A DNA stretch of 64,000 bases, from positions 73,980 to 137,979 of the forward strand of contig CAZELY010000001.1 of assembly GCA_964513345.1 (NCBI GenBank), read 5' to 3'. Below the pieces are notes generated by a model. That model searched no databases, was not told the DNA's origin, and saw only the letters and a list, made by a program, of their open reading frames with translations. Below, piece by piece: positions 38,227 through 48,876 of this stretch; position 1 is the stretch's first letter; every line of letters starts with the position of its first letter. The position numbers and the translations under genes are program-made. Source of the DNA: an uncultured Muribaculaceae bacterium (lineage in GTDB: Bacteria > Bacillota_I > Bacilli_A > RF39 > UBA660).

Positions 38227-41165
38227 TGCTTAATATCTTCCAATTTAACACTAACTAGTTTACTTACACCAGACTCTTGCATCGTAATTCCATATAGAAC
38301 ATCAACGTACTCCATGGTTTTCTTTTTGTGTGTAATGACAATGAATTGTGATTTTTCTTTTAAATTTGTTATATAATTACCAAATGTTTCGACATTAGCA
38401 TCATCCAAAGCTGCTTCAACTTCGTCCAAAATGCAAAATGGTGCCGGTCGTGACTTAATGATTGCAAACAATAAACTTATTGCTGTAAGCGTCTTTTCAC
38501 CACCTGAAAGCAGTGAAATGCTATTAAGTTTTTTACCAGGTGGGCTCGCTACAATCTCTACTCCAGTTTCTAACAAATTATTTGGATCAGTAAGTTTTAA
38601 ACTAGCAGTTCCGCCTTTAAACAGTTCTTTAAAGGTTTCTGCGAAATGATTGTTAATTACTTTAAATGAATTATTGAATTCTTTGATCATGACTTTATCC
38701 ATCTCATCAATAATTTGTAAAAGCGTCTCTTCCGCCTTATTCAAATCTTCTACTTGATTGGTTAAAAATTCGTATCTCTCACTTACCCTATCGTATTCTT
38801 CTGGGGCGGCCAAGTTAACAATTCCAATTTCTTTTATTTTACGCCTTAGACTATTAACCCTCGTTTTCGCTAGATTATAGTCAATATCTAAAATATAATT
38901 ATCTTTAGCCTTCTCATAAGTCATGCTGTATGTTTCGCTTAAAATATTTAACAAATTATCAAGTTTAACATCCATACGATTAACTGCTATTTCTAAATCT
39001 TTTAGTTCGCTTGTTTTTTCATTATATAAACTATTGTCTTTTTTTAATGTACGTTCGTGCTCATCAAGTTCATCATTAATGTCTTCTTTATCTTTCAAAA
39101 GTTGTTTCAATTCCTTTTCCTTTTCTTCTTTTTCCTTCACTACATCGTAGTATTCCTCAACAATTTTTTCTTCTTCTTTAGATAAGGCACCACCTAGAAT
39201 ATTGTTGGTTCCTTCAATATCAAGATTTGTTTTTTCTAATTCTTCTTTTAGTCTAGCAATTTCCCGATTTTTATTATTAATAGTCTCTGTGCTTAGCAAT
39301 TTATCTTTATTTAAAAGATAAATCTTGTCCTCAAGCGACTTTAATTCATAATCACATTCATTTATCTTGTTTTCAAGCTCTGAAATATCATTATTTGCTT
39401 TTTCAATAGCTTTAAGTGATATTTCAAGTTCATATTTATCAGTTATTACATTGTGGTTACTAGTTTGTTTACCACCAGTCATAGAGCCACCTACGTGAAT
39501 CACTTCGCCCGTAAGTGTTACTATGCGATAACGTCCATTAATCTTTTGGCTCAATTTAGTTGCGTTATCTAAAGTATCAGTTATAATAACATTACCTAGT
39601 TGATTTAAAATAATATTGTTGTATTTTTCTTCATTTTTTACCAAATTGCTGGCAATATCGGTAAAAGTTTTTTCATTTTTAATAATTTTCAATGTACTTT
39701 CATCAATAGATTTTGGCTTAATAATATTAAGTGGGAAAAATGTTGCGCGACCAATAGTTTTAAGGTAATTTATAGCCTCTTTGGCAGCTTTTTCATCATC
39801 GGTAACAATATTGTTGGCCGCGTATCCTAAAGCCGTAGAAATAGCCAAAGAATACTTTTCTTCGGTCTCTAGTAAATTTCCTATAACATTATGTATTCCA
39901 CGAAGCTTAGGATTATTTAAAACACTTTTAACAGCAACGCTAAGACCACTTCCATTTTCAATATTGTTGTTTAGTGTGTTAATTTTAATCTCCAGCTTTT
40001 GTTTTTCTCTGATACAAGAAGCTAAATCATTCTCATATTTATCTTTTTTAGATTTGTTTTTTTCAAAGTTTTTAGTTAATTCACTTATTTTTTTGTCAAA
40101 AACCTCTACTTCTTTACTTATGTTAATGACATCAGTTTCTAAATTATTAATATCATTTTTAGTTTTTAGTGATTTTTCCTTCAATTCTAGTATCGTATTA
40201 TGCATTTTTGCATCATCGAGTTCATAATTTTTTCTTTCAGTAACAATTGCTTTACGACTATTTAATTTTTCGGCTTTAGTCGTTAATTCAATTATTGTGT
40301 TTTGTAATTTTTTAATTTTGTCATCTAGTTTACTAATTTGAGTTTTAAACTTTTCCGTTTCAGCTTCTGCTGTAACATTTGAAGATGAGAGTTTAATGAT
40401 TTCATCATTTAAAAGATCAATTTTCTTTTTATTTTCTTGATATTCATAATTAATATTTGTTATGTCCTCAGTTACTAAAGCTATTTCTAGTTCTTCTAAA
40501 CCTTCTTTAGCACTCATATATTCTAGCGCTTTTTCTTTAGCCTCTTTTAATGGTTCAATTTGTGGTTCTAGTTCATTAATAATATCATTTATACGGTTTA
40601 AATTATTATGTGTTTTATCTAGTTTCCTAATAGCTTCTTCTTTTCGCCTTTTATATTTCAAAACCCCAGCAGCTTCTTCGAAAATAATTCTTCTATCAGT
40701 CGGTTTACTGGCGATAATTGAATCAATTTGACCTTGCGAAATAATATTGAAACTTTCTTTAGCAATACCACTATCTAATAGTAAATTAGTAATATCTTTT
40801 AATCTAACTTTTTCACCATTTAAAAAATACTCATTTGTACCATCTTTGTATACTCTTCTTTTGATAACTACTTCATCATATTCGATTGGTATTTGCTTAT
40901 CATCATTAATAAATACAAGTGATACTGATGCACTATTCATGGGATTTCGACTTTTACTACCAGAAAAAATGACGTCAGTCATGTTGCCACCGCCACGCAG
41001 AGATTTTACAGATTGTTCACCTAATACCCATCTGACGGCGTCAACAACATTACTCTTTCCAGAACCATTAGGCCCAACAATACCTGTAAGACCTGTTGTA
41101 AGCTCAATATCCATCTTATCGGCAAACGATTTAAATCCCTGAGCCTTGATTTCTTTTAAATACAT
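38223..41165 (-). CDS. smc: Chromosome partition protein Smc
   Basis: N-terminal GPNGSGKSNVVDAVRWVLGEQS, long coiled coils, a hinge, and the C-terminal signature LSGGEKTLTAISLLFAI plus Walker B ILDEVEAALD. Confidence 0.9.
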   Translation of the reverse strand: MYLKEIKAQGFKSFADKMDIELTTGLTGIVGPNGSGKSNVVDAVRWVLGEQSVKSLRGGGNMTDVIFSGSKSRNPMNSASVSLVFINDDKQIPIEYDEVVIKRRVYKDGTNEYFLNGEKVRLKDITNLLLDSGIAKESFNIISQGQIDSIIASKPTDRRIIFEEAAGVLKYKRRKEEAIRKLDKTHNNLNRINDIINELEPQIEPLKEAKEKALEYMSAKEGLEELEIALVTEDITNINYEYQENKKKIDLLNDEIIKLSSSNVTAEAETEKFKTQISKLDDKIKKLQNTIIELTTKAEKLNSRKAIVTERKNYELDDAKMHNTILELKEKSLKTKNDINNLETDVINISKEVEVFDKKISELTKNFEKNKSKKDKYENDLASCIREKQKLEIKINTLNNNIENGSGLSVAVKSVLNNPKLRGIHNVIGNLLETEEKYSLAISTALGYAANNIVTDDEKAAKEAINYLKTIGRATFFPLNIIKPKSIDESTLKIIKNEKTFTDIASNLVKNEEKYNNIILNQLGNVIITDTLDNATKLSQKINGRYRIVTLTGEVIHVGGSMTGGKQTSNHNVITDKYELEISLKAIEKANNDISELENKINECDYELKSLEDKIYLLNKDKLLSTETINNKNREIARLKEELEKTNLDIEGTNNILGGALSKEEEKIVEEYYDVVKEKEEKEKELKQLLKDKEDINDELDEHERTLKKDNSLYNEKTSELKDLEIAVNRMDVKLDNLLNILSETYSMTYEKAKDNYILDIDYNLAKTRVNSLRRKIKEIGIVNLAAPEEYDRVSERYEFLTNQVEDLNKAEETLLQIIDEMDKVMIKEFNNSFKVINNHFAETFKELFKGGTASLKLTDPNNLLETGVEIVASPPGKKLNSISLLSGGEKTLTAISLLFAIIKSRPAPFCILDEVEAALDDANVETFGNYITNLKEKSQFIVITHKKKTMEYVDVLYGITMQESGVSKLVSVKLEDIKQ

Positions 41166-41230
41166 GTTATCACACCTTACACTTCTTTAATTATAACAAA
41201 AAGGCATAAAAAAAACAATGATTTCATTGT

Positions 41231-41761
41231 TTAATTCACGAGGATACTTGTTAAAATATCGGCAATACTACTGAATGTATCGCTCCACCAATAGCCGATA
41301 TCTTTAATTTTATTATTTGTCGATTTACTATTATTAATAACAATAATGATTTTGTCTTTTTTATCAATAATTTGAATGTCATCGGTGTATCTTTTATACT
41401 TATTTACTAGTTCATCATAATTATCTTTATTGCCATAAACATATAGCTTATTTTTATTAATATAAACGCTATCACGGACAAATGTCTTTAAAAACGGTTT
41501 GATTAATTCATAATCACATATTATGTTATCTATTCTTTTTTTCTTAAAAACACTTTTAATTTTCTTAATATTAATTGTTTTACCTTTATTCAGTATACTA
41601 AACTTTTTACCTTTAAGACGTTTGCTTTTTTCATCTAATAAATAACATGTAACTATGTTCTTATTTTTTTGAATTTCATCTTTAATTTTTTCATTAGTAA
41701 TGCCTAAGCCGATTAAAGATCCTTCCATTTTTTTAATCTCATTAATTAAGTATTTTTCCAT
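41231..41761 (-). CDS. Hypothetical protein
   Basis: 176 aa, K-rich, no motif recognised. Confidence 0.4.
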   Translation of the reverse strand: MEKYLINEIKKMEGSLIGLGITNEKIKDEIQKNKNIVTCYLLDEKSKRLKGKKFSILNKGKTINIKKIKSVFKKKRIDNIICDYELIKPFLKTFVRDSVYINKNKLYVYGNKDNYDELVNKYKRYTDDIQIIDKKDKIIIVINNSKSTNNKIKDIGYWWSDTFSSIADILTSILVN

Positions 41762-41762
41762 G

Positions 41763-42434
41763 TTATTCCTCCTTTAACAAAGTGTTTATGGCATAACCAG
41801 CCGCTAGTAGCCCTGCAGTAGCTGGAACAAATGCGTTAGAACCGATAGGTATTGTTTTAGTCGGTGATTCATCAGAAGATACGACCATTATTTTCTCTTT
41901 GATATTTTCCTTCCTAAAATCGCTTCTGATAATTTTGGCAATTGGATCATATGAGGTTTTTGAAAGTTCGATAACTTTAAGTTTTGTATTATCCATCTTG
42001 CCGCCAGTTCCCATAACACTTATAAATTTAATCTTATTTTTAAGACATTTTTTAATAATTAGTTCTTTGGTTTTAATTGTATCAATTGCATCAATTACAA
42101 AATCAATGTGATAGTTGAAGATCTCTTCAATATTTGTCTCATCGATAAATTTATTAATTTTAATTACTTTTGTATTTTCAGTTATCATATCGTTTCTTTC
42201 TTCGGCGATATCTACTTTATATTTGGAAATGTTGTTTCTTGTAGAAAGTAATTGTCTATTTAAATTTGTGACATCGAAAGTATCGTTATCAACTATGATA
42301 ATCGTCCCAATGTTACTGCGAACAAGTGCTTCAAAAGCATGGCCACCTACGCCTCCTAATCCCAATAATAAAACAGTCTTTTTATTTAATAATTTCACTT
42401 TTTCGCCAATAAGTAATTCTAGTCGTTCAAACAT
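41763..42434 (-). CDS. ThiF/MoeB-family E1-like enzyme (TcdA-like tRNA t6A dehydratase)
   Basis: Rossmann motif LLGLGGVGGHAFEALVRSNIGTIIIVDNDTFDVTNLNRQ. A short 223-aa form. Confidence 0.7.
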   Translation of the reverse strand: MFERLELLIGEKVKLLNKKTVLLLGLGGVGGHAFEALVRSNIGTIIIVDNDTFDVTNLNRQLLSTRNNISKYKVDIAEERNDMITENTKVIKINKFIDETNIEEIFNYHIDFVIDAIDTIKTKELIIKKCLKNKIKFISVMGTGGKMDNTKLKVIELSKTSYDPIAKIIRSDFRKENIKEKIMVVSSDESPTKTIPIGSNAFVPATAGLLAAGYAINTLLKEE

Positions 42435-42491
42435 AATATCACCAATAATATTATACTAAAAAAAATGTCTTTTGAATATAAAAACGAAGAA

Positions 42492-43793
42492 TTATTCTTC
42501 GTTTAATAAATTAATATATTCGTTTTCAAGTTTTGAAATATCGTTTGGACTCATAAATAAAATCACAGAATTTTTATGTTTTACAAGTTTTTCAGCCTCA
42601 TCGATATTAATGCTTTCGGAATTCTTAACTTTCTTAATTAAGTCACCACTTGTAACATCAAAGTCTTCAGCTTTTTCTCTAGAGCCATGTATTTCCATAA
42701 TATATGCTTTAGAGGCCATTGATAAAACCTCAACATAATCATCAAAGAATTCTTTCATTCTTGAAAAGGTATGTGGTTGAAATACAACGACAATTTCTTT
42801 ACCTTCATATTTTTGCATCGCAGCTTTGATTGTTACTTTAACTTCTGTTGGATGATGAGCATAATCATCAATAATTATTGTATCACCAATAATAGTTTCC
42901 GAAAACCTTCTTTTAGCACCAGTAAAGGTTTTTAGCGCTTTAGCAACTTCCTTCGCATCGAGTCTTTCATAAGAGCAAACGCCAATTACCGCAAGTGCAT
43001 TCAAAAGTTGATGTTTTCCAAATATTGGTAAATCGAAGTGTCCATAGTAATTATCTTCAACAAAGACATCAAAACTAGTACCATTTTTAGAATATTCCAC
43101 ATCCTTGGCAATAATATCGTTATCATCATCCAAACCATAATAGAAAATTGGCTTATTTATATCCAAACTATGGGTATATGGATCATCACCGCAAGCTAAT
43201 ACCATCTTTTCAGCATTTGATGCATACTCGCGATAAGCATCAATAACATCATCAATATCTTTAAAATAATCTACATGATCTAATTCGATATTTGTAATAA
43301 TTGCATAATATGGACTATATGCAAGAAAATGACGTTGATATTCACATGCTTCTAGAGCAAAATATTTGTTTTCTTTGTTTGCGTGACCTGTACCATCGCC
43401 AATCAAATAATTAGCCCCACTAATGGTATTTAAAACATGTGCAAGTAAAGAGGTTGTAGATGTTTTTCCGTGACATCCAGCAACTGTAATCGTCTTAAAC
43501 ATGCGACTTAATTTACCCACAATTTCAGGATATGTATGAATAGTTAAATCAAGTTCTCTAGCGCGAATTAATTCTTCATGATCTTCTTTAATGGCGTTAC
43601 CACAAACAATTGTCATACCTTCTTGAATATTATCTTTATTATAAGGAAGTATTTCAATACCCCGTTCGATTAATCCGGTTTCGGTAAAGAAATGTTTATC
43701 GATATCACTTCCTTTTACTTCATATCCAAGATCGAATAAAATGGCGGCTAATGCACTCATTCCTGAGCCTTTAATGCCAATAAAATAATACAT
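42492..43793 (-). CDS. murC: UDP-N-acetylmuramate--L-alanine ligase MurC
   Basis: FIGIKGSGMSALA and VAGCHGKTSTTSLLAHVL, with the Mur ligase domain order. Confidence 0.9.
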   Translation of the reverse strand: MYYFIGIKGSGMSALAAILFDLGYEVKGSDIDKHFFTETGLIERGIEILPYNKDNIQEGMTIVCGNAIKEDHEELIRARELDLTIHTYPEIVGKLSRMFKTITVAGCHGKTSTTSLLAHVLNTISGANYLIGDGTGHANKENKYFALEACEYQRHFLAYSPYYAIITNIELDHVDYFKDIDDVIDAYREYASNAEKMVLACGDDPYTHSLDINKPIFYYGLDDDNDIIAKDVEYSKNGTSFDVFVEDNYYGHFDLPIFGKHQLLNALAVIGVCSYERLDAKEVAKALKTFTGAKRRFSETIIGDTIIIDDYAHHPTEVKVTIKAAMQKYEGKEIVVVFQPHTFSRMKEFFDDYVEVLSMASKAYIMEIHGSREKAEDFDVTSGDLIKKVKNSESINIDEAEKLVKHKNSVILFMSPNDISKLENEYINLLNEE

Positions 43794-43802
43794 ATGTGCC
43801 TC

Positions 43803-44504
43803 CTAACCTATCAGTTCAATTAAATATGGTCCCAAAACTAATAACATTATTAATGGGACAATAAAAATTACTGATAATATGCTTACTTTGTTTGGTATTT
43901 TATTTATTTGCCCTTTTATTTCTAATATTTGTTTTTCTCTTAAAAAATTAATTTGATTATACATTGTATCTAAAATACTATTTCCAAATTGATTTGTTTG
44001 AATAATATTTAAAATAATATTATTGATGGTTTCTGATGGAATTCTTTTTTTCATGCTTTCTAGTGACTCGATCAATGATTTACCAAAATTCATCTCAAGT
44101 AATGCGCGTTTGAATTCCGTAGAAATTTCAGATTCAACATTGTCACAAGTAACTCTTAAAGCTTGCTCGAGATTTCTTCCAGAAGCAAGCGTTAAAGTTA
44201 AAACTTCAAAAAAGTTTAATGCCTCATAATCTAATTTAATAGTTCGCTTCTTAATCTTATTGGTAATAAAAACATAATAGAACAAGTAGTAATACCCTAC
44301 AGCGACAAATGGCGCATATATGTAACCGTTTTTTGTAATAAACATTGTTACTATAAATGCAATTATCGTTGTTAAAAGACGAGTATTGCAGAAAGTCACC
44401 AAATTAAATTTTGTATCATTACCCAAACTCATTAATTTGTTTGAAATATCTTCAAGTTCCTTTTGGCGATATAACTTATACGCTAATCTATCACGATTTT
44501 CCAT
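43803..44504 (-). CDS. Tad-pilus inner-membrane platform protein TadC-like (T2SS-F domain)
   Basis: 233 aa with a single GspF-like domain between TMs. Last gene of the Tad-like operon. Confidence 0.65.
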   Translation of the reverse strand: MENRDRLAYKLYRQKELEDISNKLMSLGNDTKFNLVTFCNTRLLTTIIAFIVTMFITKNGYIYAPFVAVGYYYLFYYVFITNKIKKRTIKLDYEALNFFEVLTLTLASGRNLEQALRVTCDNVESEISTEFKRALLEMNFGKSLIESLESMKKRIPSETINNIILNIIQTNQFGNSILDTMYNQINFLREKQILEIKGQINKIPNKVSILSVIFIVPLIMLLVLGPYLIELIG

Positions 44505-45998
44505 TTATATCACCACCTTCATTACTCTTCTTACGACATATATGAAGATTAAATAATATACTAACATAATTCCTAATAAAATTCTACCTATACCAGTTGT
44601 GACAAATGGTAAGAAATATGATGGACTTATAATACTTATAAATAAAACAAATAAGAATGGAACTATAAATAATACATAAACTATTATTCTACTGCTGGCA
44701 GTTAAAGATTTTAATTCCAAACGAAGTGTCTTTTTGTTAAACATAGTTTTTTCGATAGAAGTAAATACTTCGACGATATTACCACCAGTTTTATTCAAAA
44801 TAGTAAGTGAAGCTGTTAAATAATTAACCTCATCTAATTTAACACGTTTGGCAAATCTTTTAAACACTGTATCAATTTCCAAACCATATGATAGTTCAAG
44901 ACTCATTTTAGAAAACTCTCTAGCCATTCTTCCATTCAATTCGTGGCTTACAATGTCAATTGCTTGGACGATACTACGGCCAGATTTAAACGCATTATTC
45001 ATAACAATAATCGCAGAAAGTAAATCATTTTCCAATTTTTTGCGATAGGTTTTAAATTTAATAAAATAAACAATATCTAAAAGGAAGAAACCAACAGTCA
45101 TTGGCAAAAATATTTCATATGGTGAAATTAACCTAAATTGAATTGCACGCGCAAAAATGCCAATTATTAAGAATAAAACTGCCATGATAATCTTGCTAAT
45201 AAATATTTGCATGCCATTTGTATGGATAAAACTAATTTCGGCATATTTCTCTAAATGTTTACTATATTTTTGCGCAAAAATTGATTTTGTGAATTTATCT
45301 TCTTGTTTTCTTAACATATTTTGATACCATGAAACAATACGATCACTTAAAGAAGGTTCTTTTGTTTTCACTGAAGAAAGTGTAAATGGATCGATACGGT
45401 TCATTAAATGCACTGATTTGACAAATCTTGTTATAAGAAGCGCTATACCGATAATTAAAACAAACGCTAGCAGTTGCATGCCATATAAAAAGTAGGCATT
45501 ATTGGTTACATTGACATTTAAATTTGCTTCTGCAATATTGCCAGCTTCATCACTGACCTTATAAGTGATTGTTTTTTCACCAAGTTGTTTTAAATTAACC
45601 TCATCGATATTAGATTGAATTTGATTAGTTAAATCTCCGCTGATAGTATCACTTGCAGTAACATAATTTGAAGGAAAATCTTCGTTTTGTCGAAGCGTCA
45701 AATTATTTTCTTTAAATTTTAAAACAGGGGCTTCTTTATCGATAACATATTCACCACTGTGAATTACATGTTCGCCCGTTGCGTCTTTCACTTTAACGTC
45801 AATTTTATAAACTCCTGTTTCATTTAAATTTATACGAACGTCATTAGCAGAATTAATGGTGGCTGTATAAAATTGTTCATCATCTTTAAAAACAATATAC
45901 GTATAAGATTTTGTGTTTTGGGCAGGTGAAAAAACAACAATTAAATCTTTATTTGTTGGCTTTTCAGTATTCAAAATGTTGAAGTTTCCACCTTCCAT
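44505..45998 (-). CDS. TadB-like platform protein (T2SS-F domain) fused to an N-terminal Ig-like/DUF5011-like domain
   Basis: Residues 1-165 are soluble and Ig-like (TITYKVSDEAGNIAEANLNVNV). The first TM is followed by RFVKSVHLMNR, which predicts N-out topology. The C-terminal 300 aa form a GspF/TadB-like domain. Confidence 0.65.
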   Translation of the reverse strand: MEGGNFNILNTEKPTNKDLIVVFSPAQNTKSYTYIVFKDDEQFYTATINSANDVRINLNETGVYKIDVKVKDATGEHVIHSGEYVIDKEAPVLKFKENNLTLRQNEDFPSNYVTASDTISGDLTNQIQSNIDEVNLKQLGEKTITYKVSDEAGNIAEANLNVNVTNNAYFLYGMQLLAFVLIIGIALLITRFVKSVHLMNRIDPFTLSSVKTKEPSLSDRIVSWYQNMLRKQEDKFTKSIFAQKYSKHLEKYAEISFIHTNGMQIFISKIIMAVLFLIIGIFARAIQFRLISPYEIFLPMTVGFFLLDIVYFIKFKTYRKKLENDLLSAIIVMNNAFKSGRSIVQAIDIVSHELNGRMAREFSKMSLELSYGLEIDTVFKRFAKRVKLDEVNYLTASLTILNKTGGNIVEVFTSIEKTMFNKKTLRLELKSLTASSRIIVYVLFIVPFLFVLFISIISPSYFLPFVTTGIGRILLGIMLVYYLIFIYVVRRVMKVVI

Positions 45999-46007
45999 AT
46001 ACTCCTC

Positions 46008-47330
46008 CTATTTTTTAAAAATGTCGCTTAAATCATCTTGACCACGAGTGGTTATTTTATTATAAACGTGTGGGATTTTGTTATATAACAAGAATTCCCC
46101 TTTAACTTCGCCATTTGGCAAAACGCCAGTTTGTCTAAATTCAAAAATTGGATTTTGGATGATCTCGCCATCCTTTATCCCTATAATCTCATTAATACTT
46201 GATACCCTTCTTCGACCATCGGAAAATCTTTGGACACCGACAACAATATCGATAGCGTTTTCAATATATTCACGAATGGCTGTAACCGGTATTTCAATTC
46301 CGTTCATTAACACCATCGTCTCTAATCGATCCAAAGCATCTTCCGGCCCATTAGCGTGCATGGTAGTCATACTACCATCGTGTCCAGTATTCATGGCCTG
46401 TAACATATCAAATGCTTCCTTACCACGAACTTCACCTACAATAATACGATCAGGACGCATTCTTAAGGAATTAATTACTAAGTCTCTTATAGTAACTTGT
46501 CCTGAGCCTTCGTAATTAGTTGTACGCGTTTCAAGTGAAATTACGTGCTCTTGTTTAAGTTTTAATTCGGCAGCATCTTCAATTGTAATAATACGATCGT
46601 CAGGATCACAAAATGAAGATAAAACGTTTAAAAGTGTTGTTTTTCCGGAACCAGTACCACCGACAACTATAATATTTAGTTTAGCGTGTACGCAAGCTTC
46701 TAAAAATCTTGCCATATAAGGTGTTAGCGTTCCGGTTCGTAAGTAATCATCAATATTGGCAAGCTCGTGTTTAAACTTACGAATCGTTAAAACCGGTCCT
46801 TTAATTGAAAGCGGTGGTAACACAGCATTCAAACGAGAACCATCATCTAATCTTGCGTCGACCATTGGATGGGCTACGTCAATTGTTCTTCCCAAAGGTT
46901 GAACTAAACGCTGGATTACACGAACTATATGTTCATCATTAACAAAACTTACACTTTTATCCAAAATTAATTTACCATTTAATTCAATGTATATTTCATC
47001 TTTACCATTTACCATTATTTCCGTTATTTCACGATCTTTTAAAAGTTCGGTAAGTGGGCCATAACCGCTAATTTCATTATCGATTAAATTATAAATGTAG
47101 TTTCGCTCGTTAGTTGACAAATCATATCCTTTGGTTGTTTGATCAATTTGTAATTTAACAAAATCATCCATTGACTCATGCTCTTGAATATTATTATCGA
47201 TTAAATTTTGGATGATTTCATTTCTTAATTGATCCAGAAGTTCTTTATTCGGAAAGGCTTCATAGTCGCTTATTTCTTCACGAATAGTTTCTTCTTCATG
47301 AACATCAAATTCATCAATAAATTTTTTCAT
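46008..47330 (-). CDS. CpaF/TadA-family secretion ATPase
   Basis: Walker A IIVVGGTGSGKTTLLN, a VirB11-like core (RPDRIIVGEVRG, His box), and a length of 440 aa. Confidence 0.85.
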   Translation of the reverse strand: MKKFIDEFDVHEEETIREEISDYEAFPNKELLDQLRNEIIQNLIDNNIQEHESMDDFVKLQIDQTTKGYDLSTNERNYIYNLIDNEISGYGPLTELLKDREITEIMVNGKDEIYIELNGKLILDKSVSFVNDEHIVRVIQRLVQPLGRTIDVAHPMVDARLDDGSRLNAVLPPLSIKGPVLTIRKFKHELANIDDYLRTGTLTPYMARFLEACVHAKLNIIVVGGTGSGKTTLLNVLSSFCDPDDRIITIEDAAELKLKQEHVISLETRTTNYEGSGQVTIRDLVINSLRMRPDRIIVGEVRGKEAFDMLQAMNTGHDGSMTTMHANGPEDALDRLETMVLMNGIEIPVTAIREYIENAIDIVVGVQRFSDGRRRVSSINEIIGIKDGEIIQNPIFEFRQTGVLPNGEVKGEFLLYNKIPHVYNKITTRGQDDLSDIFKK

Positions 47331-47345
47331 GATCCTTTCCTCCTT

Positions 47346-48092
47346 TTATTCTTCAATTATGTCATTAACAATTTTTGTAATGACTTTCCCACCTTTGCTA
47401 TTTTCGATTGATTTATTCAACGTCATTATTGTGCCATCAAACAAATATTTATCAATATTATTGATATAGAAACTTTTTGGAATAATATAATTAATATCAG
47501 CTTCAATAACATTTTTAATGTCATATACACTATAATTTGCATTTCCAAAATGAGCTTCATTTAAAATAATTTTATAATTGCTTTTATCCATGTCTTTGTA
47601 AATAGACATCATGGTTTTCATGTTTTTCATGTCCATTAGATCATTAGTCATAATATATAAAACAGTGTCGCTATGATCTAAGGCCATTAAATTTATTTTA
47701 TCAGTTATATGGTTAGTATCGATTAAAATTACTTCATATTGCATTGATAAACGTGAAAGCAATACCTCAAAAAACTTTGTACTAAATTTACTGACATTTC
47801 GTGGATCAATTGGAGCTGCCAACACATCAATATATTCATTATAACTGTTTACGTAATCTTTTAAATCATGGAAACGGTTATTCATCATATCTTCATTTAA
47901 AGTATAAATATCGCTGGTTGGTTTCAAGTTTAGAGAAGCCGCAATACTTCCAAAATATAAATCGAAATCAACAATAATTGTCTTTTTTTGCATCTGTGAT
48001 AAAACTCCAGCAATATTAAGTGTCATCGTCGTTTTGCCAGTACCACCCTTAACTGATGTGACAGTTATAATTTTCGCTTTATTAAGTGCCAT
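47346..48092 (-). CDS. CpaE/TadZ-like ParA/MinD-family ATPase
   Basis: Deviant Walker A TSVKGGTGKTT. No receiver-like N-domain. Confidence 0.7.
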   Translation of the reverse strand: MALNKAKIITVTSVKGGTGKTTMTLNIAGVLSQMQKKTIIVDFDLYFGSIAASLNLKPTSDIYTLNEDMMNNRFHDLKDYVNSYNEYIDVLAAPIDPRNVSKFSTKFFEVLLSRLSMQYEVILIDTNHITDKINLMALDHSDTVLYIMTNDLMDMKNMKTMMSIYKDMDKSNYKIILNEAHFGNANYSVYDIKNVIEADINYIIPKSFYINNIDKYLFDGTIMTLNKSIENSKGGKVITKIVNDIIEE

Positions 48093-48102
48093 AAGATCAC
48101 CC

Positions 48103-48471
48103 CTATTTTTTTCTAATAATTATTTTTTCGCCTTCGAGATGCCCAGTATAAGTAATATCGATATCGTAATAATTCTTAATGATATTCGTAAAAATACTTG
48201 GCTCTTTTTTTGTAACTTCAATAGTTATTTTGTTTTCTTCAATCGATATGTTTTTTTGACCATCAATATTTTTTTCAAGTAAAGAGCTTAACTTTTGATA
48301 GGTATCCCCTTCTTTGTTTTTCAATCCATAAGTGATGGCATCTTTGATTGCATTTTCATACTTTTGTTTTTTTAATTCAACTGATCCTAAATCATAAACA
48401 ATCGCCATTAGCAAAAACATTATTGGTAAAAGTAAAACAAAAACTATTAAAGATTGTCCTTTATTATTCAT
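48103..48471 (-). CDS. TadE-like pseudopilin/pilin
   Basis: N-terminal class-III signal MNNKGQSLIVFVLLLPIMFLLMAIVYDLG. Confidence 0.6.
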   Translation of the reverse strand: MNNKGQSLIVFVLLLPIMFLLMAIVYDLGSVELKKQKYENAIKDAITYGLKNKEGDTYQKLSSLLEKNIDGQKNISIEENKITIEVTKKEPSIFTNIIKNYYDIDITYTGHLEGEKIIIRKK

Positions 48472-48820
48472 GGCTTTCCTCCGAATTATTTACGTAGATT
48501 GTTTTGCTTTCTTTTGCATGATATCGCTTACCAAGAACATTTGATAAAACAGGAGCTGTGACTTTAATCTCTTTTTCAACATTTAATGTTACTAGCTCAC
48601 CATTTTTATTTTCACTATAAATAATATCTTCTTTGGCTACAAAAGCCTGAAGTTCTTTTTCGTTACCATTTTGATATAAATCCGTGATAGTTTCAAGGCA
48701 ATTATTTAAATTATATTTTTGCACAAAAATATTACCAATATCAATTAAAGCAACAAAAATTAAAATGATTATTGGTAAAACTAAAACGAATTCAATTAGT
48801 GCTTGCCCCTTATCTTTCAT
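48464..48820 (-). CDS. TadE-like pseudopilin/pilin
   Basis: MKDKGQALIEFVLVLPIIILIFVALIDIG, the TadE motif E-F-V-L-x-L-P. First gene of the operon; TTGTTA-17-TATAAT lies upstream on the - strand. Confidence 0.6.
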   Translation of the reverse strand: MKDKGQALIEFVLVLPIIILIFVALIDIGNIFVQKYNLNNCLETITDLYQNGNEKELQAFVAKEDIIYSENKNGELVTLNVEKEIKVTAPVLSNVLGKRYHAKESKTIYVNNSEESHE

Positions 48821-48876
48821 TCTACCACGCTACCTATCATGTAAATTATATCAAATTTATTGTAAAATAACAATAA

